Virus record (IMG/VR): IMGVR_UViG_3300026334_000001
Span: 1 to 64,000 of that record
Source of the DNA: a virus
Length of the DNA stretch: 64,000 nt
Strand: one strand, 5' to 3'
The position numbers and the translations under genes are program-made. Of the stretch, positions 10,116 through 20,207 are shown one piece after another; position 1 is the first letter of the stretch; each line of letters opens with the position of its first letter. The notes under the pieces are model-generated. The model saw nothing but the letters and a program-made list of their open reading frames with translations. It was not told the origin of the DNA and did not search any database.

Positions 10116-13100
10116 TTCCATTAATAGCTAATTTTACATTAAGAGCTGGAATACCAGTAGATGATCGCATGGTTGTATTTGATGTGACAGAAAGAGATAA
10201 TCTGGCATGGAGATACAATGGTATGACTGTTTATATTGATAGTACAAACGAAGAGTTTATTCTCCTAAAAGGATTAGTTGATTCTAATCTTAATAATAAT
10301 GCTAACTGGAAATTAAAGAAAAACTATTATGGTTTAGATAATGTATATACTAAAGCAGAAATAGATACAAAATTTGCTAATGAAACTCTAGATACAGTAG
10401 TAGCTAGAGGTTATATTACAACAAGATCAATACAAATAGGAGGATTAACAGTAAATGGTAATACTACTATTAACGGTGATTTAATTGTTAATGGTACTCA
10501 AACTATTGTTAATTCAACAGTTGTTGAAGTCAAAGATAATATCATGACTTTAAATGCTGGAGAAGTAGGAGCTGGAGTAACAGCAGGTCAATCTGGTATT
10601 CAGATAGATAGAGGTTCTGCTACAGATTACTTATTTGTATTTGATGAATTTACAGATACATTCAGAATAGGTATAACTGGTCAATTACAAGCTGTAGCGA
10701 CAAGGAAAGATACTATGCTAAATAATGGTGTAGTTATTTGGGATGGAGTTAATAATACATTAGATACAATAGATAGAACTGTATTTGATGGTAACTACAT
10801 ACAGAATCGAACAACACTACAAACATCATCTAATTTCTTCATTTCTGGTAAAGGTAAAGTAGGAGGAACTAATTCAGCTCTTCAACAATTTGAAGTAGTT
10901 GGAACAGATACAGCTCCAGCAGCATCGGGTACAGCACAAAATGGAGCAGTTAGAATATTTGGAATTGGTGTTGTTAATACTATGTTAGATATTGGAGTAG
11001 CAGGAACTTTAGGATATTCATGGATTCAGTCTAGAGATTCTGGTGCATATGTTACTAATAGAGAATTGAGATTAAACCCAAATGGAGGTAATATTATAAT
11101 AGGTAATGGTGCAGTTCAAATACCTAGTCTACCAACTAATGCAACTACAGATTTTAATATAACAATAGATGCTTCAGGAAATCTAAGAAAGAGTAGTGCT
11201 ACGATTAGTGGAAGTTATATTCTTAATCAATTAGCAGCAGTCCAAACTGGAAATTTCTTTATATCGGGGCAAGGTAAATTTGGAGGAACGGGTTTACCAA
11301 TCCAAAAAGTAGATATTATAGGAACTGATGCAGCTCCTTTAGCTACAGGAGGATCAACAGCAAATGGGTCTATTAGATTAGGAGAACCCAGTGGTTCTGC
11401 TGTCAATCTTGAAATGGGAGTGGCAGGAACTTTAGGGTATAGTTGGATTCAGTGTAGATTAGGTAATGATTATACATCACAAAGAGAACTAAGAATCAAT
11501 CCCAACGGTGGGCGGGTAATAATATCTGCTGGAGGATCTGCGGTTACTGGTTTAGCAGCAGCGGTTAATATTAACCCATTTCTAACAGCTACAGCCAACA
11601 ATGATAGTCTAGTAGGGCTGGATATTAATCCTAATTTTACAACAGGTGCATTTACTAATGTACTATCTTATGCATTAAGAATACAAAATAGAGGTGGAGG
11701 TGCCCAAATATTATTGGGAACTACTAACCAAGCTGGAACTATAGATTTTGCAAGAGGCACAGATGGAGCAGTACATGGTAATATAGGCTATTTGACTGCT
11801 ACGACAGGTACAGATTTCGGAGTAAGGGTTACAGGAGGCAGTTCTGTTGCGTTTTTAGATGGACAAGCTTTTTCTGATCTCAGAACAAATGGAGTTACAG
11901 GAGTTAAATTATCAAGTACAAATAACTTAATCATCCAAAATGGAGGAACCTTCACCGATGCTGGATTTAGATTAGATGTTCAAGGTACTGCTAGAATTGT
12001 AGGTTTAGATGCGGCTGCTTCATTATCTGGAAGTGCAGCTAATGGGGCATTAAGAATAGGAACAATTAGTTCTAGTGCTGTAATAGTAGACAATGGAATT
12101 AGTATTGCAGGAGATTATGCATGGATGCAAGCAAGAAATGGAAGCGACTACTCTATACAGAAACAATACCGTATAAATCCAAATGGAGGACAAGTTCTTG
12201 TAGGTTCTGGACTAAATACAACGTCAAATCAATTCTTAACAGTATCTACTTTATATACAGCTCTAAATTCAGCAGCTATTCTTGAGCTTAAAAACTTAGC
12301 ACCCTTAACTGCCAATCAAACCATAGCACAGGCTGTACAAAATGGGGTTGCTGGCGGTGGTGCTGATGCAATATATTATATTCGGCATAATAACTATGAT
12401 AGTGCTGGTGGATTTGTGGATGGAATGAGAATAGTAATGAATGGGCTTAGTTCATCTACAATTATTAATGGACTAACTGCTTTGAACTTTAATATTGGTA
12501 CTGCACAAGGAGTTACTAAAGTCCATATTACATCAACAGGGGCTTTTGTATTTGACACTGCTACAGTTCAAGCACTTGCTCTTCCTACCAATGCTACAAC
12601 AGACCTACCTCTTACCATAGATGCTTCTGGTAATATCAGAAAAGGAACAGCTAGCGTGACTGGAAGTTATATTTTGAATCAGAATGGATCTGTACAAACA
12701 AGTGCTAAGTTTAATGTAACAGGTCCTTCAGTTGTACAAGATGGTAGTTCCAACTATACAGCTATTCAACAGTTTTCAGTATATGGTACTGATGCAGATT
12801 CTGGTGTAACTGGGGCTATTAGAAATGGGGGGTTTAGAGTTGGTCATGGTAATACACTAGACACTTTAATGGATTTTGGATCAAAAGGTAAAGGAGTAGA
12901 AACTGTCCAATATAGTTGGATTCAATCTAGGAGTGGTAGTGATTATTCAGTAAATAAACTATTAAGTATAAATCCAAATGGTGGTATTGTAACAATAGGG
13001 GGAGGCACTCAAAACAATAATACTACAGATAGGTTTCAAGTTAATGGTAGTGCATGGATTAATGGAGGTGCAGAAGCCTTAAAAGTCGGTACGAATACAG

Positions 13101-13963
13101 GTAATCCCGATCATGCTTATATTGGGTTGTATGCTAGAACAGCTACTCCTACAACACAGAGTGGATATATAGGATATAATGGAGTAGGAGCAGTCAATCT
13201 TTCACTAGTTAATAATCTAAACAATGGAGTAGTTGTTATAACCTCTACTGGAGCAACATCTACAGTACAAGTAAATACTAGCCAATTTCAAATATTGCCT
13301 ACTGGATCAGCAGTACAAGGATGGGTTCAAGCACAAGGATTAAATAATGCAAATACAGAAAATGCACTAGTTATAAACTCGGCATTAGGAACTATAACAA
13401 ATGGATCTAAGGTAATAGTTAGGTCTTCTGGAACTACGTTAAATCAACCAACTCTTAATACTAATATACTTGGACAATATGTATTTAGTGGATGGAGAAC
13501 AGCAGGGACCATCTATGATTCTGGTTCTATTCGTGGACTAGCTACAGAAGCATGGTCTGCTACAGCAGGTGGTTCGTTATTGGATTTCTATATAACACCT
13601 AATACTACAATTGCTCAATTCAAGGCTTTAAGACTTGATCAAGACGGCAGTTTAGTACATTATGGTAATAGAACAGGAACAGCAGTAAATGCTTTAGGAG
13701 TTGATAGTACTGGCAAACTGGTTAACATTAGTGGAGGTAATACTAAAACAGGAACTAGTGTTCAGAATGGAAGTGCAAGTTTAACATATACTATAACTCA
13801 TGGAGCATCATTCACACCGACAGGTATTGTATTAACACAGAATTCAATTGATGCTTCTGGATTTACATATGTTACAGTAGGAGCAACAACAATAACTATT
13901 ACTTATCCAACAGGTAGAACAGTAGGAACAAATAACTTAACATGGTCTTATATAATATTTTAA
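10112..13963 (+). CDS. Long tail fibre / receptor-binding protein with internal repeats
   Basis: 1283 aa, G/T/N/S-rich; LTVNGNTTINGDLIVNG and four WIQ.R.G.DY...INPNGG repeat modules. Confidence 0.8.
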   Translation: MIPLIANFTLRAGIPVDDRMVVFDVTERDNLAWRYNGMTVYIDSTNEEFILLKGLVDSNLNNNANWKLKKNYYGLDNVYTKAEIDTKFANETLDTVVARGYITTRSIQIGGLTVNGNTTINGDLIVNGTQTIVNSTVVEVKDNIMTLNAGEVGAGVTAGQSGIQIDRGSATDYLFVFDEFTDTFRIGITGQLQAVATRKDTMLNNGVVIWDGVNNTLDTIDRTVFDGNYIQNRTTLQTSSNFFISGKGKVGGTNSALQQFEVVGTDTAPAASGTAQNGAVRIFGIGVVNTMLDIGVAGTLGYSWIQSRDSGAYVTNRELRLNPNGGNIIIGNGAVQIPSLPTNATTDFNITIDASGNLRKSSATISGSYILNQLAAVQTGNFFISGQGKFGGTGLPIQKVDIIGTDAAPLATGGSTANGSIRLGEPSGSAVNLEMGVAGTLGYSWIQCRLGNDYTSQRELRINPNGGRVIISAGGSAVTGLAAAVNINPFLTATANNDSLVGLDINPNFTTGAFTNVLSYALRIQNRGGGAQILLGTTNQAGTIDFARGTDGAVHGNIGYLTATTGTDFGVRVTGGSSVAFLDGQAFSDLRTNGVTGVKLSSTNNLIIQNGGTFTDAGFRLDVQGTARIVGLDAAASLSGSAANGALRIGTISSSAVIVDNGISIAGDYAWMQARNGSDYSIQKQYRINPNGGQVLVGSGLNTTSNQFLTVSTLYTALNSAAILELKNLAPLTANQTIAQAVQNGVAGGGADAIYYIRHNNYDSAGGFVDGMRIVMNGLSSSTIINGLTALNFNIGTAQGVTKVHITSTGAFVFDTATVQALALPTNATTDLPLTIDASGNIRKGTASVTGSYILNQNGSVQTSAKFNVTGPSVVQDGSSNYTAIQQFSVYGTDADSGVTGAIRNGGFRVGHGNTLDTLMDFGSKGKGVETVQYSWIQSRSGSDYSVNKLLSINPNGGIVTIGGGTQNNNTTDRFQVNGSAWINGGAEALKVGTNTGNPDHAYIGLYARTATPTTQSGYIGYNGVGAVNLSLVNNLNNGVVVITSTGATSTVQVNTSQFQILPTGSAVQGWVQAQGLNNANTENALVINSALGTITNGSKVIVRSSGTTLNQPTLNTNILGQYVFSGWRTAGTIYDSGSIRGLATEAWSATAGGSLLDFYITPNTTIAQFKALRLDQDGSLVHYGNRTGTAVNALGVDSTGKLVNISGGNTKTGTSVQNGSASLTYTITHGASFTPTGIVLTQNSIDASGFTYVTVGATTITITYPTGRTVGTNNLTWSYIIF

Positions 13964-13967
13964 TAAT

Positions 13968-14654
13968 ATGGGCTTTCCAGTAGAAACAATGCTTGATTTT
14001 ATAGAACTACGTAAAAGACCTGGATCAACAGGAGTTACAGTTCTAGTAATGGGAGGTCTAACATTGCCTCCTGAGAATTATGGTCCTTTTTACTGGAAAG
14101 CTGATTCAGTTGCACCAGACGATAATAGAGATATAATAAAATGTGATAATGTAGATATAGGTAGATACTTAAGAGCTTTTACAAGTGGTGGTGTATCTGG
14201 TACAGCTTGTCTATTATATAATGCAACTTTTCTTTTATCAGTTGCTAATCAAGTTTATGTAATACCTCAAAATGCCAATAAGTATATTAAAGGTAGATTA
14301 ATTAAAAGTGATACAGTTAATAATACTCAAACTACATTTGATGGTATAGGTTTAGCTAAAATATCAATTGAAGCTAATATAATTAAAGGTGGAGGTAATG
14401 GTTCTATTGATTTTTGGTTAAGAAAGAATGGTCAAGATATTTTAGATACAAGAAGAACATATGCAGTAGCAGGTAATGGAAAAGAACCTATAGTATTTAT
14501 AGAAGAATTTGATGTAGTAAAAGGAGATTATATAGAAGTTGTAGCAGTAGGTACAGATAATTCTTTTCAATTACAAAGAGTTACTCAATCTGGAAGACCT
14601 GATGTATTACCTTTTAAAATGAATGTTAATTTATACAATCCAATAGTAATATAA
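13968..14654 (+). CDS. Tail-associated protein (tailspike-type N-terminal domain, C-terminal beta-sandwich)
   Basis: FYWKADSVAPDDNRDIIK...GRY resembles tailspike attachment domains. Confidence 0.5.
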   Translation: MGFPVETMLDFIELRKRPGSTGVTVLVMGGLTLPPENYGPFYWKADSVAPDDNRDIIKCDNVDIGRYLRAFTSGGVSGTACLLYNATFLLSVANQVYVIPQNANKYIKGRLIKSDTVNNTQTTFDGIGLAKISIEANIIKGGGNGSIDFWLRKNGQDILDTRRTYAVAGNGKEPIVFIEEFDVVKGDYIEVVAVGTDNSFQLQRVTQSGRPDVLPFKMNVNLYNPIVI

Positions 14655-14672
14655 ATTTAAAGCTCTCTAAAA

Positions 14673-15422
14673 ATGGAAATTAATAGCAGTATAGTTGTTA
14701 CCTCTGGTTTACCAGTAGATAATAGAATGGTTGTAAAAACCATTTATGATAGAAATGCCTTGAAATATAGGTATTTAGGTATGACCGTCTTTGTAGAAGA
14801 AGATCAAAAAGAGTATATACTTTTAAAGGTTAAAGATGATAATATTCATGATGATGCTAATTGGTTAGAGAAATCTAAATATTACGTAATTACTGGAGAT
14901 ATAGATCTTAATAATTATTATACAAAAATAGAATCAGATAATAAGTATATTGATATAGAAGAGATAAAATCCTATCCGACAAATGATCAAGTTAGTCAAG
15001 CATTAAGTAATAAGGCAAATGTTGGAGATAGTTATACTAAATATGAATCTGATAGTCAATTATCTATAAAAGCTAATGTAGGAGAATCTTATACAAAGCA
15101 AGAGTCTGATGCAGCATTAGGAACAAAAGCTAATAGTATAGATGTTTATACTAAAGTTGAAATTGATAATGCTCTTGGAAATAAAGCTAATAATGGAGTA
15201 TCATATACAAAAGCAGAATCAGATGCAAGATATGCACCATTACAAGCAGAAATACAATCTATTCCTTTACAAGTACCTGTATTAATGGGAACTACAGATC
15301 CCACATCAAATGATATTCAAACAGGTAAAGTAGCTATTTGTAAAAACAAAGAAAATGGTCTAGTAAAACTATGGTTCAATGATGGAGGGATAATGAAATA
15401 TGTGAACTTCATTACACCATAA
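14673..15422 (+). CDS. Short fibre protein with 19-aa KANxxxxYTKxExD repeats
   Basis: N-terminus paralogous to 10112 (PVD.RMVV....R..L..RY.GMTV); four tandem fibre repeats. Confidence 0.65.
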   Translation: MEINSSIVVTSGLPVDNRMVVKTIYDRNALKYRYLGMTVFVEEDQKEYILLKVKDDNIHDDANWLEKSKYYVITGDIDLNNYYTKIESDNKYIDIEEIKSYPTNDQVSQALSNKANVGDSYTKYESDSQLSIKANVGESYTKQESDAALGTKANSIDVYTKVEIDNALGNKANNGVSYTKAESDARYAPLQAEIQSIPLQVPVLMGTTDPTSNDIQTGKVAICKNKENGLVKLWFNDGGIMKYVNFITP

Positions 15423-15423
15423 A

Positions 15424-15454
15424 TTTGATAATCCAAAGTAAAATCATAAATTTA
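15424..15454 (+). promoter_or_regulatory. Bacteroidota sigma70-type promoter (TTTG-N19-TAAATTTA)
   Basis: Matches the -33 TTTG / -7 TAnnTTTG consensus with one mismatch; intergenic, upstream of the lysis-region genes. Confidence 0.5.
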
Positions 15455-15473
15455 ACATTAATACATAAACAAA

Positions 15474-15776
15474 ATGGAACTAACAAAATCTTTAGGTAAA
15501 AATCCTAGAACTGGATTAAATCTAGTTGCTTCTTTTGAAAATATAACTACCAGTAAAGAAGAAAGCCAATCACAGTTTTCTTATAGAGAGATAGAATTGG
15601 ATCTTCAAGGAATTCCATATAAACCAGAAACAGCTGGATGGAAAACTATTAGTACAGTACCTACAGGAGCAGGAGAAGATCTATCTAAGAGTCAACGTAA
15701 TGCAGATAGATTAAAGCAGTTACGATTAGATATTCTCTTACTTGTACAAGAAAGATTTGTAGATTTTGAACTATAA
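15474..15776 (+). CDS. Hypothetical protein
   Basis: 100-aa ORF with an A-rich initiation region. Confidence 0.6.
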   Translation: MELTKSLGKNPRTGLNLVASFENITTSKEESQSQFSYREIELDLQGIPYKPETAGWKTISTVPTGAGEDLSKSQRNADRLKQLRLDILLLVQERFVDFEL

Positions 15777-15788
15777 ACAATAAAATAA

Positions 15789-16283
15789 ATGGAAACAATT
15801 AAGTTAACAAATCAACGAATTCAGAAGATTGCTAGTGCGTGTGATGTTTTAAGATCATTTAATAAGATTCCTTTTGATGCATGTTTAAATCTTCAACGTA
15901 TATTTAACCAATGTGATAAGATTGCAAAAGATTATCAAGCAGATGTTAAATTGTATAATGCTAGAAGAGAAGAATTAGTTGGAGATAGTAAAGAAGTATC
16001 TATTTCAATTCAGAAAGCTCTTAGAGAAGATCTTGTTAAACTGAATGAGAAAGAATATTCAGTTAATGTTCATGTTATGAAACTATCTGTATTTCCAAAG
16101 GAGATGGATAGTTATGGTAATAAAGAAGTAACATTACAGGATGGAACTAAAATGCAACTTCCATATATAGATGCATTTCTTGATCTCTTAGATGTTGTTA
16201 TTATTGATGATAGTAAATATGATGATTACCTATTAGGTCTTCGTAAGAAGGAAAAAGAAAAACTTGAAGAAGTACCAGCATGA
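15789..16283 (+). CDS. Hypothetical helical protein (DUF1617-like)
   Basis: IKLTNQRI...IPFDACLNLQRI pattern; family call is tentative. Confidence 0.45.
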   Translation: METIKLTNQRIQKIASACDVLRSFNKIPFDACLNLQRIFNQCDKIAKDYQADVKLYNARREELVGDSKEVSISIQKALREDLVKLNEKEYSVNVHVMKLSVFPKEMDSYGNKEVTLQDGTKMQLPYIDAFLDLLDVVIIDDSKYDDYLLGLRKKEKEKLEEVPA

Positions 16284-16807
16284 CAAAACTAACAGAAGAT
16301 ATAATTGTTAAACTAGCCAGAGAATTTCAACTTGATACTACTTGTGTAAAAGCAGTTATTAAAGTGGAGTCTTCTGGCTCTGGTTTTTCTAAGGATACTA
16401 GTAAAATTGTGATACAATTTGAACCATATCATTTCCAAATGCGTACTGGAGTACGAATTGCTAATGGAGTAGAGAATCAAACTAAGGAGTGGTTAGCTTT
16501 TAATGAAGCATTTAAGCTTCATCCAACAGAAGCTATGGAATCTACTTCATGGGGATTAGGTCAAGTTATGGGATTCAATCATGAAGCAGCTGGATATAAG
16601 ACAGTTGATGCTATGTTAGATGACTTTAAACTTGGAGAAGAACAGCAATTAAGAGGTATGTTGAATTTTATTAAGTCTAATAAAACAATGTATAATGCAT
16701 TGAAGACTAAAAAGTGGGATGTATTTGCATCTTGTTATAATGGTAAGTATTATAAAAAATTTAATTACGATACTAGATTACAAGCAGCATATGAAACAGT
16801 TAATTAA
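16280..16807 (+). CDS. Endolysin, N-acetylmuramidase (DUF3380-type)
   Basis: AVIKVESSGSGF, FEPYHF, STSWGLGQVMGFNH and FASCYNG...YDTRL motifs. Confidence 0.9.
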   Translation: MTKLTEDIIVKLAREFQLDTTCVKAVIKVESSGSGFSKDTSKIVIQFEPYHFQMRTGVRIANGVENQTKEWLAFNEAFKLHPTEAMESTSWGLGQVMGFNHEAAGYKTVDAMLDDFKLGEEQQLRGMLNFIKSNKTMYNALKTKKWDVFASCYNGKYYKKFNYDTRLQAAYETVN

Positions 16808-17030
16808 ACAGGAGATTGCTAGATTAAAATCTAAAACTCCACCATTAGCAAATAAGGTATTTAGTTTTATGGCCAGTCTTTTTGGATTAGGTGTAGGTCT
16901 TGCAGCTTTTGAAGATAAATTACCAGTAAAACTACAAGGGTATTCTGGTTATTTAATAGCTATTGGAATAGTAGGTGCTTATTTATCTAAACGTCAAGTA
17001 AGTGAATTTATTGCGAAAAACAAAGTGTAG
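16791..17030 (+). CDS. Holin-like membrane protein (2 TM)
   Basis: Start reassigned to MKQLIK; RLKSKTP motif and two hydrophobic segments; follows the endolysin. Confidence 0.6.
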   Translation: MKQLIKQEIARLKSKTPPLANKVFSFMASLFGLGVGLAAFEDKLPVKLQGYSGYLIAIGIVGAYLSKRQVSEFIAKNKV

Positions 17031-17344
17031 TGAATATACAACAATTTATCTTAGATCAAATCAATAATGAGAAAATATTTGTATTCATATTCGCTACAGG
17101 GTTAGGAATTCTAGCTAGAAGTGTATATGAATCTTTAGTAGGGAAAGTTCAAAAAGGTAGTTTAATACAAAGGTTAATTTTAGCAAGCTTTATTAACTTC
17201 ATATTACATCCAGTGATATTAAATTATAAGTGGATGTCAGGATGTTATCCACAAGTAATCGCATTAGGAGCTTTCTTATCAATACAGATAGCAACTTGGT
17301 TAGATAAAAAATTGTTGAATAAAATAATAAACAAATTTAAGTAA
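17030..17344 (+). CDS. Membrane protein, holin-like (3 TM)
   Basis: GTG start, three hydrophobic segments, basic C-terminus. Confidence 0.55.
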   Translation: MNIQQFILDQINNEKIFVFIFATGLGILARSVYESLVGKVQKGSLIQRLILASFINFILHPVILNYKWMSGCYPQVIALGAFLSIQIATWLDKKLLNKIINKFK

Positions 17345-17715
17345 TGACAAAGTTAATAGTTCATTTAGTACTTCTACTAAATTTCGCATACTTAGCTCTA
17401 TTGTCTTTGCAGACAATGTTTTGTAATGATATAAAGAAGTTTAATAAACATAAGTTATTCGGAATACCATTAAGACGAAGATTGTATAGACTTTGGTTAG
17501 CTTTAAGATTTGAAAAATTTAGAGGGTTTGTTTATTTACTTGTTTCTTCTTGGATTTATACATTTGATTATTTAAATAAACTATATGAAGGAAAGGTACA
17601 AGAAGAAAATACTTATTTCTTAATAGCATTTGCTATCTTTACATCTGGTATTATTACAGCACTTAAGTCTTTAGGTTATGAACTGGAAGTCTATAAACAT
17701 ATTAAAGAAAGATGA
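17344..17715 (+). CDS. Membrane protein in the lysis cassette
   Basis: Three hydrophobic segments; start overlaps the previous stop. Confidence 0.55.
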   Translation: MTKLIVHLVLLLNFAYLALLSLQTMFCNDIKKFNKHKLFGIPLRRRLYRLWLALRFEKFRGFVYLLVSSWIYTFDYLNKLYEGKVQEENTYFLIAFAIFTSGIITALKSLGYELEVYKHIKER

Positions 17716-18242
17716 AGAAATTACTCCTATTATTTACGATGATATCGTTTTTGTGTATTGGATGTAATACACAATTAAAAAGAGAAACTAGATCAAGGAA
17801 GCTATTTCAGAAAGCTCTCCTAATCAATCCTTCTCTCCTAAAAGAAATAGGTACTAAAGTTACCATTGATACACTTTGGCGTTATAAAGATACTTTATAT
17901 ATAAAAGGAGATTCAGCTGAATCTATTAAATTTCTAATTGATACAGTTGCAGATAGTCAAATTCTTATTGATAATGCTAAATTTAAGGCTACATTAAAAA
18001 GAATGGGTAAAGAGTATCAGTTATTACTAGAAAGAAAACCTGATACAGTTTATAGTATTAAAGAAATACCAGTTAAAATAGAAACAGTTATACCAGCTAA
18101 AGTTGTCCAATTACCCCCTGTAGTAACATATGTAAGAAATTGGATATGGTGGGTTGGTCTTATAACTATAGTAACTATAGGATCTGTAGTAGGAGGATTT
18201 GCATTTTACATACTATTTAAATATGTTATTAGAAGAGGTTAG
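17712..18242 (+). CDS. Lipoprotein with C-terminal TM, unimolecular spanin-like
   Basis: MKKLLLLFTMISFLCIG-C lipobox, beta-rich middle, C-terminal TM WIWWVGLITIVTIGSVVGGFAFYILF. Confidence 0.65.
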   Translation: MKKLLLLFTMISFLCIGCNTQLKRETRSRKLFQKALLINPSLLKEIGTKVTIDTLWRYKDTLYIKGDSAESIKFLIDTVADSQILIDNAKFKATLKRMGKEYQLLLERKPDTVYSIKEIPVKIETVIPAKVVQLPPVVTYVRNWIWWVGLITIVTIGSVVGGFAFYILFKYVIRRG

Positions 18243-18876
18243 AGATTCAATTCTCCTTAGATGGGATCAAGCAAATAATTATGCTCTTGGAGTGATGGTA
18301 GAGAAAGCTGCTATTGCTGCAAGAGCTACTATTATTCAGAGGAGATATGATTCAACAAAGATATTCCCACAAACATTACAGCAGACAGTTAAATGTTCAG
18401 ATCTAATTAGAGTTAAACAAACTGAATGTTGTAATTATGATTCTGGTAAAGCTGTAGTAAGAACAAATAGTAAAGTACCTAAGCCTTTAATAGTAAGAGA
18501 GGATAGTCATTTTACATTAGTTAATTCTCCAGAATATCAAAATATTAGTTATATTAAGCCTGAAGATTTAGACTTGATTAGATATAGGAGATATTCTAGT
18601 AGTTTACCTTTTTATACATATCTAAATGATTATGCATATTTCTTTAATGTGCCTTCATTAAAAGCAGCTAACTTTAGAGCAGTATATGAAAATCCTTTAG
18701 AGGTTGCTAGGTTTGGAGAATGTTGTGATAGTGGAGATTGCTTTGATGATGATGGAAAACTAGTTATAGAAGAATCTCTTTATGAAGGAATATCAGCATT
18801 AGTGGAACAGAAAAGACCATTGATGTTAGGAAAGATAGGACAAGAAGATACACCAATTAACGATGAAAAAGTTTAA
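18223..18876 (+). CDS. Putative tail ring protein
   Basis: Start reassigned to MLLEEVRD; QQTVKCSDLIRV...CC, FYTYLNDYAY and AVYENP motifs resemble crAss ring proteins. Confidence 0.6.
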   Translation: MLLEEVRDSILLRWDQANNYALGVMVEKAAIAARATIIQRRYDSTKIFPQTLQQTVKCSDLIRVKQTECCNYDSGKAVVRTNSKVPKPLIVREDSHFTLVNSPEYQNISYIKPEDLDLIRYRRYSSSLPFYTYLNDYAYFFNVPSLKAANFRAVYENPLEVARFGECCDSGDCFDDDGKLVIEESLYEGISALVEQKRPLMLGKIGQEDTPINDEKV

Positions 18877-19459
18877 TACAAGAGATGCATTTGATTCCTA
18901 TAAAAAGGAAGGTGGAAAATTAGATTATAAAGTATTTGCTAATATAGTCAGAGAGTTCCATCAAAAGATATCTACTGAAGTAGTTAAAGGATATGAATTT
19001 CAATTCCCATTCCTTCTAGGAAAGTTGAATGTAATTGTATTAAAGCGGAAAATATCATTAAATCAAAATGGTAATATTAAAGGTGGAGTTGATTGGGGAG
19101 AATCCAATAAAAGAAAGAAAGAAATACTAGAAAGAGGAGGAATTCCTCTAGCTATGATTAAGGATGATACTAATAATATTACAGGTAATAATGGTGGTGA
19201 AGAATGGATGTGTTATCATATAACTGATACATTCTATTCTTGGAATCATGTAAAGAATTTATTTCTACCTAATCATAGTAAATATGCTTTTAAAATTTCT
19301 TGGGGTAATAAAAGAGAGTTAGCATTATCAATAACAGAAGATTCAGAGTTATTATATAAACCATATTCGCATGAGTACTACAAAAAAGATCTCAAGTTGG
19401 CACATTATTCAAGAATGCAGTCAAAGATTTCAGATCAAGAACGGGAATTGGTGGGCTGA
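18863..19459 (+). CDS. IHF/HU-like DNA-binding protein of the crAss tail module
   Basis: FQFPFLLGKLNV and VDWGESNK motifs; position just before the tail tubular gene. Confidence 0.65.
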   Translation: MKKFNTRDAFDSYKKEGGKLDYKVFANIVREFHQKISTEVVKGYEFQFPFLLGKLNVIVLKRKISLNQNGNIKGGVDWGESNKRKKEILERGGIPLAMIKDDTNNITGNNGGEEWMCYHITDTFYSWNHVKNLFLPNHSKYAFKISWGNKRELALSITEDSELLYKPYSHEYYKKDLKLAHYSRMQSKISDQERELVG

Positions 19460-20207
19460 TGCAATTGACTGGATAGGTCAAGGAATTCAAGCTATTGGTT
19501 ATCATACAGGATTCGATAAGAAAGATATTGAAATAGATGTTAATTCTTATAGAGCTAGAATACCTGACGAAGTTGATAGTATTCAAGAAGTATGGTATAA
19601 TGGTATTAGATTACCATTAGCTATTAATGTATTAGGAACTAACACACAAGTAGATCTTACACAATATACAAGAGTAGCTACACCATTAGAGATAACAGAA
19701 TTAGGAAAATTAACTGATCTTTTACAAATTCAGACAGCTATATATAATCAATTTCCAACACAAGAGAATTTAGATGCTATTAATAATACTCTTTGGAAAA
19801 TCAATCAGATAACAGAGAATCTTAAAGTAGCGGCAGATCCAGAATCAGTTAATACATTATGGTATTATTTAGAGAACGGTTATGTAAAAACTAACTTTTG
19901 TGATGGTACAATTATATTAAAGAATGCGAATGTTATAGCAACTGATGATGATGGTTATCCAATGGTAATTGATACATATAAATATAGAACTGCACTAACT
20001 TGGTATATAATGACACAATGGTTATTACAAGGAAATGTACATCCAGTTGTTAAGTATGGAGATGCAGAAGCTAGATGGAATGACTTTATGTTACAAGCTC
20101 AAAATGAACCAAAGGTAATGAGTATAGATGAGATGAATAGGTTTGGAGCAATGTGGACTTCTACTAAAAGAGATTATACATTAACAACATTACAAGGAGA
20201 TTTATGA
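19371..20207 (+). CDS. Tail tubular / ring protein (P22 gp4-like position)
   Basis: AIDWIGQGIQAIG, YVKTNFCDG and TDDDGYPMV motifs; directly upstream of the muzzle gene. Confidence 0.7.
   Translation: MSTTKKISSWHIIQECSQRFQIKNGNWWADAIDWIGQGIQAIGYHTGFDKKDIEIDVNSYRARIPDEVDSIQEVWYNGIRLPLAINVLGTNTQVDLTQYTRVATPLEITELGKLTDLLQIQTAIYNQFPTQENLDAINNTLWKINQITENLKVAADPESVNTLWYYLENGYVKTNFCDGTIILKNANVIATDDDGYPMVIDTYKYRTALTWYIMTQWLLQGNVHPVVKYGDAEARWNDFMLQAQNEPKVMSIDEMNRFGAMWTSTKRDYTLTTLQGDL

Noticed and set aside
10112-15422. Diversity-generating retroelement or invertase-driven fibre switching
   Set aside because: No reverse transcriptase or recombinase in the window; the repeats differ at all bases rather than only at adenines.
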